Source: Eledone cirrhosa
Taxonomy: Eukaryota
Length of the DNA: 64,000 nucleotides
Direction: 5' to 3'
Assembly (NCBI GenBank): GCA_964016885.1
Contig: OZ024741.1
Coordinates: forward strand, 327,360,001 to 327,424,000
In this document: positions 52,419 to 64,000 of the stretch, in pieces
Layout: every line of letters begins with the position of its first letter
How positions within the stretch are numbered: the first letter of the stretch is position 1
Made by a program: the position numbers and the translations under genes
The notes under the pieces: generated by a model
The model's database searches: none
Told to the model about the DNA's origin: nothing
The model's input: only the letters and a program-made list of their open reading frames with translations

Positions 52419-52674
52419 GAATGTATATATAGTGTATTTTGCAATACACTGTATGCTTAATTAAAAGCATTTCAAAGACTTTATGTTATAGTTTTAGAGT
52501 AGTGACAGTCTCACTTACTTTAAATTTTCAGCAAACAGGTGGAGATAAAGCTGACAGAGCTATGTATCGTACTGATTGGTACTTATCAAAGCCAAGTACC
52601 CCACCTGTTTTCTGAAAATCATGAATGTTTGGTTCTTATAGAATTTATAGTAATAATCAGGAACTGATTATACA
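52415..52674 (-). mobile_element. HHR family A arm
   Basis: Matches 424-677; minus-strand HHR TTGATAA-GTAC..GTAC-GATAC (A14 mutated). Confidence 0.85.
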
Positions 52675-53712
52675 GTGTGTTTCTAAATATATTGTTAATA
52701 ACTCCCTCTGGTCGAGCAATCTTTGAAGTGTGGGGACAACTGGAAAGCTTCCATTACTCATACTTCTAGCCTTCTTCACCACCTCTTCTGCGGCCTCGAT
52801 ATGAATACCCCCTCCGCCTCCGTGGTATTTTCTTCGTGGTTATAAGTGGCTTAGCTCTGTTTCTCGACCGTTATATCGCGTGACTATCCCCCCCTCCGCC
52901 TTTTGGGATTCTTTCTCACGTCGTGTAGACGCGTTCTTGAGACTAGTAAAATGAGGTATCCTCTTAATAAGTCGGCAGACCTCGCAGGGACTCTATATCT
53001 TTATGATATATTGTTTTTGTTTATGCCACGAAACTACGTAGTCGAGGAATTTAGGAGCAGTTTAGGTATGATACATTTTATTACTAATTATATCTAAATG
53101 TTTCTTCTCTCTTCATAATGTATTTTTAACTCTGATACTGGTTCAGTCTAGTTCAACTGAATTGGTCTGTCCCGGTCATTCATTGAGCAACATCGGTGAA
53201 GTTGGCACCCTTAACTCACAGTTGGGTGCGGATGCATTCATGTATATATGTGTGTGTCCGCATGTATCTGTGTGTTTCTAAATATATTGTTAATAACTCC
53301 CTCTGGTCGAGCAATCTTTGAAGTGTGGGGACAACTGGAAAGCTTCCATTACTCATACTTCTAGCCTTCTTCACCACCTCTTCTGCGGCCTCGATATGAA
53401 TACCCCCTCCGCCTCCGTGGTATTTTCTTCGTGGTTATAAGAGGCTTAGCTCTGTTTCTCGACCGTTATATCGCGTGACTATCTCCCCCTCCGCCTTTTG
53501 GGATTCTTTCTCACGTCGTGTAGACGGGTTCTTGAGACTAGTAAAATGAGGTATCCTCTTGATAAGTCGGCAGACCTCGCAGGGACTCTATATCTTTATG
53601 ATATATTGTTTTTGTTTATGCCACGAAACTACGTAGTCGAGGAATTTAGGAGCAGTTTAGGTATGATACATTTTATTACAAATTATATCTAAATGTTTCT
53701 TCTCTCTTCATA

Positions 53713-53718
<6 letters not shown>
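52674..53718 (+). mobile_element. HHR family K: ~1.75 tandem monomers of 595 nt (retrozyme-like)
   Basis: 52674-53122 is repeated at 53270-53717 with few substitutions; one HHR per monomer. Confidence 0.85.
53554..53643 (+). ncRNA. Type I hammerhead ribozyme, U3-A8 core, long stem II (family K); upstream copy at 52959-53048 has G5A
   Basis: TCCTC-TTGATAA-GTcGGCAGAC...GTTTaTGCCAC-GAAACTACGTAGTC-GAGGA; palindromic stem III ACTACGTAGT, GUC triplet. Confidence 0.8.
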
Positions 53719-53767
<49 letters not shown>

Positions 53768-53772
<5 letters not shown>

Positions 53773-53970
53773 ACGAGTAGGAGCCCGACGGCTAATCTCA
53801 AGCCGTCTCGGCGGCTAGTTCTGGACTAAATTAGTCCAGAATTAGCCGTCGAAACGGCTTGAGCTCAGCCGTCGTGGTCCTACTCGTTCCTATTACCCAC
53901 TCTACTACCCTAAGTATTGAGTACATTGGTGCGTTATGGTCCATCTGGTTCCTTACCACATTTCCTTCGT

Positions 53971-53971
<1 letters not shown>
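53768..53971. mobile_element. Family E fold-back copy (opposite orientation)
   Basis: Arms centred on CTGGACTAA-a-TTAGTCCAG (53830); same outer ends as the other E copies. Confidence 0.82.
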
Positions 53972-54047
<76 letters not shown>

Positions 54048-54152
54048 TAATATATGTATGTATATATTTATTTATTTATTTATTTATTTATTTATATATA
54101 TATATATATATACATATTTATATATATATATATATATATATACATATTTATA

Positions 54153-54269
<117 letters not shown>

Positions 54270-54286
54270 GTTTATATGTATGTATG

Positions 54287-54328
<42 letters not shown>

Positions 54329-54342
54329 TATATGTATGTATG

Positions 54343-54420
<78 letters not shown>

Positions 54421-54842
54421 GGTATGTATATACATCTATACTCTTATATATTTATGTGTGAGTGTCTGTGCGTGTATATGGGTTTATGTGTGCATTCTCC
54501 TTTTCTCTCTCTTTATATATAAACTAATATGTATACATACACACATACGCATTCACACACACACACAAATACATACAAACACATAGACACTCACACATAT
54601 GTGTATGTATGTACGTATGCATGCGTATGCACATATGTATGCATATTTATTATACATAGAAATGATTTTTAGATGACTAAATAACTAGAACTGTTTCACG
54701 TTTATAAAATTAATATATTTGTACTCTTCTATCGCATTGAGTACCTAATTTAACTGTGTTAATTTCCTGGTCCTCTTCAGGATACCATCCTTATATACAT
54801 ATATATATAATTCGCACACACACACACACACCACACACACAC

Positions 54843-54923
<81 letters not shown>

Positions 54924-54948
54924 ACGTATACATATAATTATATCCATA

Positions 54949-54989
<41 letters not shown>

Positions 54990-57441
54990 GTAATGAATTT
55001 TGTGTATATCTACTCGCGCTCATCCATGGTGATATTACTTTCTTCCTTGCTTGGTGTTTATTTTTTGTGTGTGCCTGTGTTTATATTTTATTCTCCGTTT
55101 AGTATGTCGTGGAGATCATTTAACGAGATAACGTAACTCTATTTACTGGTACGCTTAATCTTTTTAGGTATTTCATTGTTGTATGAGACATAATTTTGTT
55201 ACTATGGACAGAGTTGATTAATACATGTAAATAGAGACCTGCTTATATTTTCTTCTCTCTTCTTTGGTTTTCTTCGTTTTTATGTTAATATTTTCTGTTT
55301 TGTTACATTGATATTTTACTATAGATATCATCCCTTCACTTGTATAAGACAGTACAAGAATCTATGAACACTGCCCCTCTTTTGTGTGTGTGTTTCTATT
55401 ATCTATCTCTATATATATGTAAGTATGCACATATATATATATAACGACACAAATATATAAACATGCATTCAAGCACACACACAGGCACAGATACTTATAT
55501 GTACACACACACACACACATATATATATAAGATAAATGTATGTAAGAAAAAAAAAATGATAATGCCTAACTGCCTGAAAATATGAAAAGTAAGAGAAAAC
55601 GATTGTCGCGGATAAATAACATGAACAAAAAAAGCAATGAAATATAAGAGTGAAACATAAATATTTAGCAACACAGAAAGCAGGAACAGAGGTGAGATAC
55701 GGAGAAAGAGGTTGAGCGGGACGGGACGTAGGAGGTAAAGGCTGATGAGGGGGGGGGGGGTAAGGAGGAGGGATAAGAAAGAAGAGGATAAGGAGAATGA
55801 AGAGGGAGAGTAATTCTTTCATGACTCGGGAGAACATACTGGACGTAAGTGTGACAAGTGCAGAACATACTGGAGGGAAATAGAGAGAAGATGAAGGAAA
55901 ACAATAAATAATGAAATACATAGATAATAAAGAATAAAGATGAATTCGGAGTTCTGCCAGCGATTAAATCCATTATTTCGTATTTCTCCTATAAATATAC
56001 CGGGGGAATGTCTATTTATTTATATATAAAGCTTTAACTTAGAAACTATCTTATAATGGCAACTTATGAGTAGAATAGGGAAAAATAATTAAGCAACGAA
56101 AATATGGAAATTGGGGAGCGACAGACTCTGCACCCAAGACTGAGCCGTATTTCAACTGCACCACACTGATAAGATAGCAAAGGTATTGCAGCAGAAAAAG
56201 GCCAGCAACACGAACTTCAGCAACCACCCCATTTCACTGGACGTATTCCTCAGGTGTGCTGTTGTCTTTCCGATTTTACAAAGCATTACGGGGAATGAGG
56301 ATGCATGAGATCTCGACGGTGACTAATACCAAATGAAGCGGACGGTTAAGCCTCGTTGATCACTAAATAAGCAAATAACCCTAACGAAAATGTTAGTAGA
56401 TCTATAATTGCTCTCTCTCTGTATTGATGAGAATTTCATAAAGAAGGAAACAAGAATATACATACAAGTTTTTTTTCAGCTAATTTTACAATTGACTGAC
56501 TCAGCATCCCTGACCCCCACCCCTAGTGATACAGCGATACGTGCCCGTACGGAGTGTGGGCGCCCATGGGTATGCCGGCCTGTGGTCTCATTGGAGAGAA
56601 TAGAGAAAACGTTGCCATGGAGCATGGGGAATGTTACAGATTGAATAGCTATCTCAACTTCCAGGGCTCACCCTTGTGGTTAGCCACCTCCGAGCCAATA
56701 ATGGTGGATAGGGATAAGATCACCGGAAATTTCCAGTGCTGCAGGTTCGTCCAGACACATATCGAAGAGCAACCGTAAGTTCGTGTCTGGTAAATGACTT
56801 GATCTGGAACCTTGTATTGAAACCAAACCAACTACAGCGTGGAGGAGACATCTTAGATATGTAAACATTGTTAATCTTACAAAGGACCTGCGTCAGTGAG
56901 GAATAACTTGATAATGCAGATTCATGTGGTAGGGGACGGTACGTGCTACGCAACCATGTATGATATCACAAGCACACATTTAGGAGTCCACCATGATGAA
57001 AGTTTGCGAACCATTTCTCCACTAGTCGGATGTTCTGCTCTCTTCCTCTTAGCAGTATAACGCGTCCTGGGAAGTTATCACGGGTTCTGCCTATCCAGCA
57101 CAGAACCAAACGATTAAAGATGCAAACTCTTATTCAGGCAAATGTATTATTTTAACCATTAGGTTAACTGAAGAGAGCAAGAAATGTTATCATGTTATGT
57201 TGACAGCGAAACGTTTGATTAATGGTGAAAGCCAAATTCATTTCCTTTCCAATAGCAAACGCTCTGATCAAAATCATAGCAGAATTAAAAGCCATTTATA
57301 TTATTTGGTATCAAATAGACATCCATGCGCCAAAGCAAAAATAGCCAAACTCACTTGTCACTAAGATACTGCATTTTCGACGTTGATAGTCTCTATCTAC
57401 TGTATGTGAATGGAATGACCACCACTGTATGCGATACTATG

Positions 57442-57534
<93 letters not shown>

Positions 57535-58819
57535 GTGTGTGTATAGTTGTAGTTAATTTAAAGAATGATGTGCTCCTGCGCGGAAATGCTATGAAATATT
57601 TTAGAAAATAGGTTGAAGATCCTAAAAAAACGGGAAAAGATAGTGCCATCGGCCATAGGTCTTGACTCTATTTTATAAGCTATTAAATAGCATCTTATTG
57701 CATGAGCACACAATATTTTATATTAACTTTACCTTCTCAACGATTTGTAAGATTCTGTGACATCGGATATGGATGCATAATGTTTCTTTGTATATATATA
57801 GTTACATTTAGTCAAATTCATATAATATGTCTGATATTAGCACATGTTCACGCATGATGGGGAAGTTTTATATTTCTTTTAATTAATTACAGAACTGATA
57901 TTCTCGTTATTCAATTAATTCCAAAGTGGTTTGCAGACGTAATTCTTCTCACCATCATAAGGTAAGAAGTTCAATAATCGGACTGGGAGGTGCATTATAT
58001 AATTTGCACTGTTCGTTATTTTACGTTGCTGCGATCCCCACAAGTGAAAATGTGTAGCAATTACAACCGGGAGTTAATTTTGTGATAACCTGAGAATCTC
58101 GTATTCTCAATGATCTAACGCCAGATGAAACCAGAAGAGGTTGCGGCCTGATGCACATCTGCGTCCAAGGAAAACTTGTACACATGAATATTTATGTTAT
58201 TTGAACCCATGTTAATCACCATGAAGGTGGCGAATTGGTGGAGTTGCTAGAACGTCGGATAGAATGATTACCCCCCCCCCCCCCCAATTGTTGGCCTTGT
58301 GTCTAGATCAGATACTATTATGTGGTTGCTTTCTCTGTATATGGTGTGCATCTGTATATCTGTTTTATTTTGTTTGGGTGAAAGTAATTTGTTACCTTCT
58401 ATGTATTTATTGTATGTAGGAAGGCAGCGAATTGGCAGAGTCGTTAGAACGTCGGATAGAGTGCTTTGCAGTACTTGTGCTGCCTGTCTGCTCTCTGAGT
58501 TCACATCCCGCCGAGGACTAGGGTCGATTCGTTCTCTGTATCCCTTTTTCACTTCCTTTGCTTTACTCTCATTCTTTATGCGGAAAAAATTTGCTGTATT
58601 CTGACCAAGAGGGGGATGGGTCCCACGATGATTAAAAGAGGCCCTAGAAACGCCGTATGTCAATATGGTGCCCCTAAGACTCCCCAGATGTTACGAGACC
58701 CTGTATGCAATCATGATGAAGCTGATCTATAATTAAAGGCGTAACAGTCGATAACAACCGTTTTTGGTTTCCAGATGAACTCAACTTCCATCTCCATTAA
58801 CGTCACAACCTAATACTTT

Positions 58820-59200
58820 AACAAACCCTGATTACAAGCAAGATTGGTAAAACGATCTAACTGTAGACAGCCTGAAAAGTTTTCCCTAGAAGGTAAATGC
58901 CTATATAAGAACATAGTGTATAACTGTGAGGTAAATTCCATCAAAAGCACACAAAATATATCGATGCAACAGCAAACAATTTCAATAAACGACAGATGCA
59001 CAAATCAAATGACCTCACGAAAACGTCAGTACCTCGCAGCAGATATATGTCCATAACGTTACAAATACGTATAGATAACACTATTTATTCAGACAACACA
59101 ATTAATCACAACACAGAGGTAATAATTACTACTTATGAAATACGTAATATAATAAACAGCAAAATATTGGGTCGTCCAGTATGAAATTTGTAGATATTTG
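58820..59200 (+). pseudogene. Decayed PLE linker/GIY-YIG fragment
   Basis: SNCRQPEKFSLEGKCLYKNIVYNCEV resembles the CNC..CPL..KCL..VVY segment at 44110-44180. Confidence 0.6.
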
Positions 59201-59424
59201 TTTATTTTTCCAGAAATATCTACCAATTTTATACTTGACGAACCAATATAATATTCTTATAATAATCCCAATATCACCCATCTACATAATTCGAACTCCC
59301 TATCTCCCAACGCACAAGAAACACACATACAACCGCATCGTAACAACTTTATAGGATTCCACCTTAACCCTTTATATATATATTACTACTCTATAAGGTT
59401 AACACAATAAGTGTCCATTTTTGT

Positions 59425-59650
59425 AATAAAACATTTTATCTTGATATGAAACAGTTTATCTTAAAATAGAATAGTTTATCTTGAAATAAACAGTTCATCC
59501 TAAAATAAAACAGTTTAGCTTAACATAAAACAGCGTTTTTTTTAAATAAAACAAATCATCCTACAATAAAACAGCATATTTTAAAATAAAACAAATCATC
59601 TTACAATAAAACAGCATAGTTTAAAATATAACATCTTTTTTTTAAATAAA
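59425..59650. repeat. Degenerate ~19-20-bp minisatellite (AAAATAAAACAGTTTATCTT)
   Basis: About 11 diverged tandem units. Confidence 0.75.
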
Positions 59651-60283
59651 TTAAATGAATATTTAATGAAAACACCCCTGCAACTTACAATTATAGAAAT
59701 AATCTAACTATAACTAATACACAAAAGATAAGGCAGACAACTTGTTACCAGTGAATAGGATAAATACATGACAATGGCACTCATAACAGAAGCTAGAAAG
59801 GTAGATCCTGCATTTACCATATGAAATATAAGTCAAATTATAGATAATAGATAGATATTTGACGCTACTCCATAACAAGAAAGTAAGTAGAACAGACTGA
59901 AGTGGTTTAGTTATTATCATCGTCAAGAACATCCCATAATTCCTCAAACGCTGATTGTATATCTTCCAGCAATTCATCTTTATATTAAAACCCCAAAACA
60001 ACCGGACGTCACCTTTCTCTAGAGAACTGTAATTATAATATATTCCAGCGCAGAGAGCAGTAATACGTTTGTGCATTTATAATCAACATTATGGAGTTAC
60101 GGCCCTTGCCTTTCTGAGTTCGATAAAATAAAGTACCAGTAATGTACTGGATAATTACTGGCCTTGTGCCTAACGTAGAAACAATTATTGACTGTTGCAG
60201 GCGCATACTGTTTCCAATTATAGCGAAACATGTGTCAGAATGATTAATAAATGAAATATTGATTATTCCATAACCTCTGGTCA

Positions 60284-60407
<124 letters not shown>

Positions 60408-61999
60408 GCTCACACAAACATACATACACACTCACACAGAAACGCACAAACACGTTTAGTCTAAAAAACAGAAGCACAGATGTGTTTATGAAGTAATATG
60501 AGTTAACCTATTTTGCGGGCTACCTTTGGTATAGAAACACATGAGAAATATTTTGATTGTCGTTTGGTGAACGTGCAACACCAAGAAACATAGAGTATCA
60601 ACGGAGTGAATCAACAACACTTTAAAATAATAAAATCTATTATTAGAATTATCTTTAATGGTGGTCTGGCATTTAAGGGAGATTTGACTGGTACTTATAG
60701 CTAGTCGAGTGATCTTGCAAATGCCCCTTCTCAAGTTAGTTTGAGTGGTGTTATGATTCTGAGTAGGAAGTCTACCGCTTTTCCTTGTTAAATTCTTTCT
60801 TCATTATATTCTCCTTTCTTTCATAATTTATTGTATAGTGATCTGCCAGGATCACACACAGCTTAAACAGTGCCCCTTACAAGCGTCGGTTTTCTGCTCG
60901 ACAGCCTTTGTCAATCCCCTCATTAAGTCTTGATCGATTAATTCGTGAAAAGAAAGAACACCTCCATAATTTTAATCAAGAAACTGCTCTTCAAACCTAT
61001 TTCAAAGGTTAAATTTCGTTATGCAATTCATAAGATGTAATTTGAAATGCAACGCATTGTGAACAATATCTTCAATCACCCATAATGTTTCCTTTCCAGC
61101 ATCGAGGAATGAAAAGAAGGAAACGGGAGACAAATGTTTAACGCTTCATTCCACGTTTTTAAGGTCTAAATTATTAGTATTTTTTTCTTTTGGTTCCTAT
61201 CAAATTTAAATGGCTATTGTGGCATCCATTATTGAAATTCTAGGGAGTTGATTATAACATTACGCCACAATTCCTTCTTTGATGGATTATTTATTATGCT
61301 AATAAACATATAACAATGTTATGGGAGCTGTCATTGTAACCTCATATTTCATTTTATATCGTAGAAAGCTGTTGGCCCTGGTATGAATAAAACTATTATT
61401 CAATAATTTCGATAACGCCATTTGCCAAAACAATTTTCACCATTAATTTTTAATGAATATACTGAAAATACACATTTATTATATGGGAGTTCAAAATGGT
61501 GAATTTCTTAGTTCGTTAGAAAGTTGTAGATACATACTGTGCGGTGTCTCTACTGACTCCTTACGTTCTCATTTTAAACATCCTTTACTTTTATCATTTT
61601 GGTTTCGATAAAATAAAGAAATAGTCAAATATTTGAGCCCATCTAATCGACTTTCACCTCCAGGTCAATATGTCTGGCCTTGTTCCTAAATTAGAGGTGT
61701 ATGTATGCAAGTTTATTTATGTATTTATTGTATAGCCAGAGACTCCTATTCTTGATTAAGACATCTCTCTAGGAGAAGGTCACTGATATAAAACCTGAGA
61801 CTTCTTTTGCATCCAATGATGTAGACCAGATTTACTTTTTGGCCCCGTACAAAAGCATTTCCTCACTTAAAAAAGGTTCAATCGCAGGCATCGCTTGATA
61901 TGTGACATTTTTTTGCGATGCATGACATGGCTGGCCATAGACATGTCACTAACAGGACTAAAATTCCACGTCCGTCATGCTCATGTTTAAGTATCAAGT

Positions 62000-63040
62000 G
62001 ATGGCGTTACTCAAAAACGAATTGCAGCCATCCTATTCTCAGTTGTAAAGTGAGACCAGTGGTTGACTACCAGGCTGCTGTCAGAGATGCTGCTCATCAT
62101 TCCTGTCAAGCATGTGGAAGAGAGTGTAGATCAGCAGGAGGGCTCAAACAACATACAAAGATACATGAATCCAACCACAGCCGGGTATTGCTAGTGAATG
62201 TTTTGTTTAACACAGTGCAAGACATTTTAGATCATTGGCTGGGCTAAAATGCCACATTTGATCGCAGTACCGCTAATTATTAATACAAATGTTTTTTTTT
62301 TTGTTTTGTTTTTTAATTATTCATATATATGTTTTTTTTTTCATGCAATGGTCATACTCGATAATGAGGGGGCAGTCATCATCATGTATGTATGCATGTA
62401 TGCGTGTGTGTGTGTATGTATATATGTATATATGTATGTCAGTCACCAGTTGGTGCTACTGGTAACAAGTATCCCAGTACAACCTGACTCATGGTCGGGT
62501 CGTTGGCGATGTAAACTGGCACCCCACCAAGGTTTCTTGGTGAGGAGGGTGACTTTGGACATCCTGCTGTACTAAAAACAAAACCTGTCAAAGGGCAAAG
62601 GAGCTCTAAGAGTCATTGGCCATCCAAAATCACCGGGAGAGATGACACCTTAGCCTTTGTCAAGGCAGAATTCGAGGAGAAGGAAAACTCTGATATAACA
62701 CACACCTGCAACTCTGATGGTATACAATGATGTTAACTTATTCTTCTTTTTGGTAAATATCATCTTGGTTAAGAGAGTGGGACTGGCTTTGTGCAGTGCC
62801 TTTCTTCACTATAAAAGCTTCACGGCACAGGCATTGCTTTATATCTGGAGATCTCTCTGCACTTGTTGTCACGTGGTACCATGGGGCCAGCACTATGTGT
62901 CAATAATTGTCACAAGTGTAGTGTTTCAAGTCGCTGGCTGGACTAAAAAGTCACACTCGTTCAGCGCATCGGTAGGAGTTCTCCTACATGGATATAAAGT
63001 AGTGGTCGTACTCGAAAACGAATTGGCAGCCATCATATAT
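62000..63040 (+). mobile_element. RTE-type LINE fragments: C2H2-finger 3' end plus an internally deleted copy
   Basis: CQACGRECRSAGGLKQHTKIH; recurring 3' motif GGTC.TACTCGA.AA.GA...GGCAGCCATCAT at ~62005, 62350 and 63003, the last two followed by (TATG)n. Confidence 0.55.
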
Positions 63041-63065
63041 GTACGTATGCATTTTTTTATGTATG

Positions 63066-63099
<34 letters not shown>

Positions 63100-63488
63100 T
63101 GCATTGTATGTATATTTATGTATGTATGCATATATGAATGCATGTATAGATCTATGTGTATGTTAGTAAGTGTGAAAGCTTGTGGCTTAGTGGCTGGGTA
63201 TGTTAATAAAGGGAGGAGCGCGGGAGTGCGTGCCTAATTTTTTATTTGTTCCCGTTTGTAAAATAAGTTGGGTTACTTTGAATAAATAATGAATGAATAT
63301 TACATAATTTATGTACTAAATTTCGTAACTATTTATTGAATATAATAATTGTTTTGCTTATTTTAAGATTCACCTTTTTAACATTTTCAAATGTCAACAC
63401 TCCGGTTCGCTTAGATAAACATTCATATATTTCCGTCGCTAATTTCCTCCTGATGCAGTTTATATATAATATCGTCTGTTTTTAATGT

Positions 63489-64000
63489 ATCATGGATTAC
63501 TTTACTGATTACAGAAGAGAGTGATCATGAATTACTTTACTGATTACAGAAGAGAGTGATCATGGATTACTTTACTGATTACAGATGAGAGTGATCATGG
63601 ATTACTTTACTGATTACAGAAGAGAGTGATCATGGATTACTTTACTGATTACAGAAGAGAGTGACCATGGATTACTTTACTGATTACAGAAGAGAGTGAT
63701 CATGGATTACTTTACTGATTACAGAAGAGAGTGATCATGGATTACTTTACTGATTACAGAAGAGAGTGATCATGGATTACTTTACTGATTACAGATGAGA
63801 GTGATCATGGATTACTTTACTGATTACAGAAGAGAGTGATCATGGATTACTTTACTGATTACAGAAGAGAGTGATCGTGGATTACTTTACTGATTACAGA
63901 TGAGAGTGATCATGGATTACTTTACTGATTACAGATGAGAGTGATCATGGATTACTTTACTGATTACAGATGAGAGTGATCATGGATTACTTTACTGATT
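63489..64000. repeat. 35-bp tandem minisatellite, >14 copies, runs off the window
   Basis: Unit GTGATCATGGATTACTTTACTGATTACAGA(A/T)GAGA, head-to-tail with no spacers. Confidence 0.95.

Noticed and set aside
56400-57100. GC-richer stretch with several short ORFs as a possible host exon
   Set aside because: No recognisable protein motif or consistent frame; could be an old TE.
57160-57222. CTGAAGA...GAAACGTT spacing
   Set aside because: No convincing stem II; expected by chance in AT-rich DNA.
63489-64000. 35-bp repeat as a CRISPR array
   Set aside because: Units are contiguous with no unique spacers, there are no cas genes, and the context is eukaryotic.

Overview
AT-rich, microsatellite-saturated eukaryotic DNA with no recognisable host protein-coding gene. 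The (TA)n/(CA)n density and the SINE, RTE and Penelope content suggest an octopus-like cephalopod (inference). Recognisable elements: a near-complete Tx1/L1-clade LINE (6888-12246, minus) plus a 5'-truncated relative (19975-21229), a full-length decayed hAT/Buster transposon (14547-17104), several Penelope-like element (PLE) remnants (RT and GIY-YIG), three non-autonomous Helitron-like elements, tRNA-derived SINEs, RTE fragments and a 35-bp minisatellite. The main signal is a set of at least eight short non-coding families, mostly unrelated in sequence, that sit in (TA)n tracts and carry type I hammerhead ribozyme (HHR) motifs. They are almost always arranged as two divergent (5'-to-5') arms with 3' ends facing outward. 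Several show terminal redundancy of more than one monomer (about 320, 323, 468 and 595 nt). Two families use the compensated U3-A8 core, and one insertion joins arms of two different families. This reads as a PLE-mobilised, TA-targeted, retrozyme-like system. All alignments and folds were done by eye, so boundaries are approximate to a few nt, and ribozyme activity is untested.
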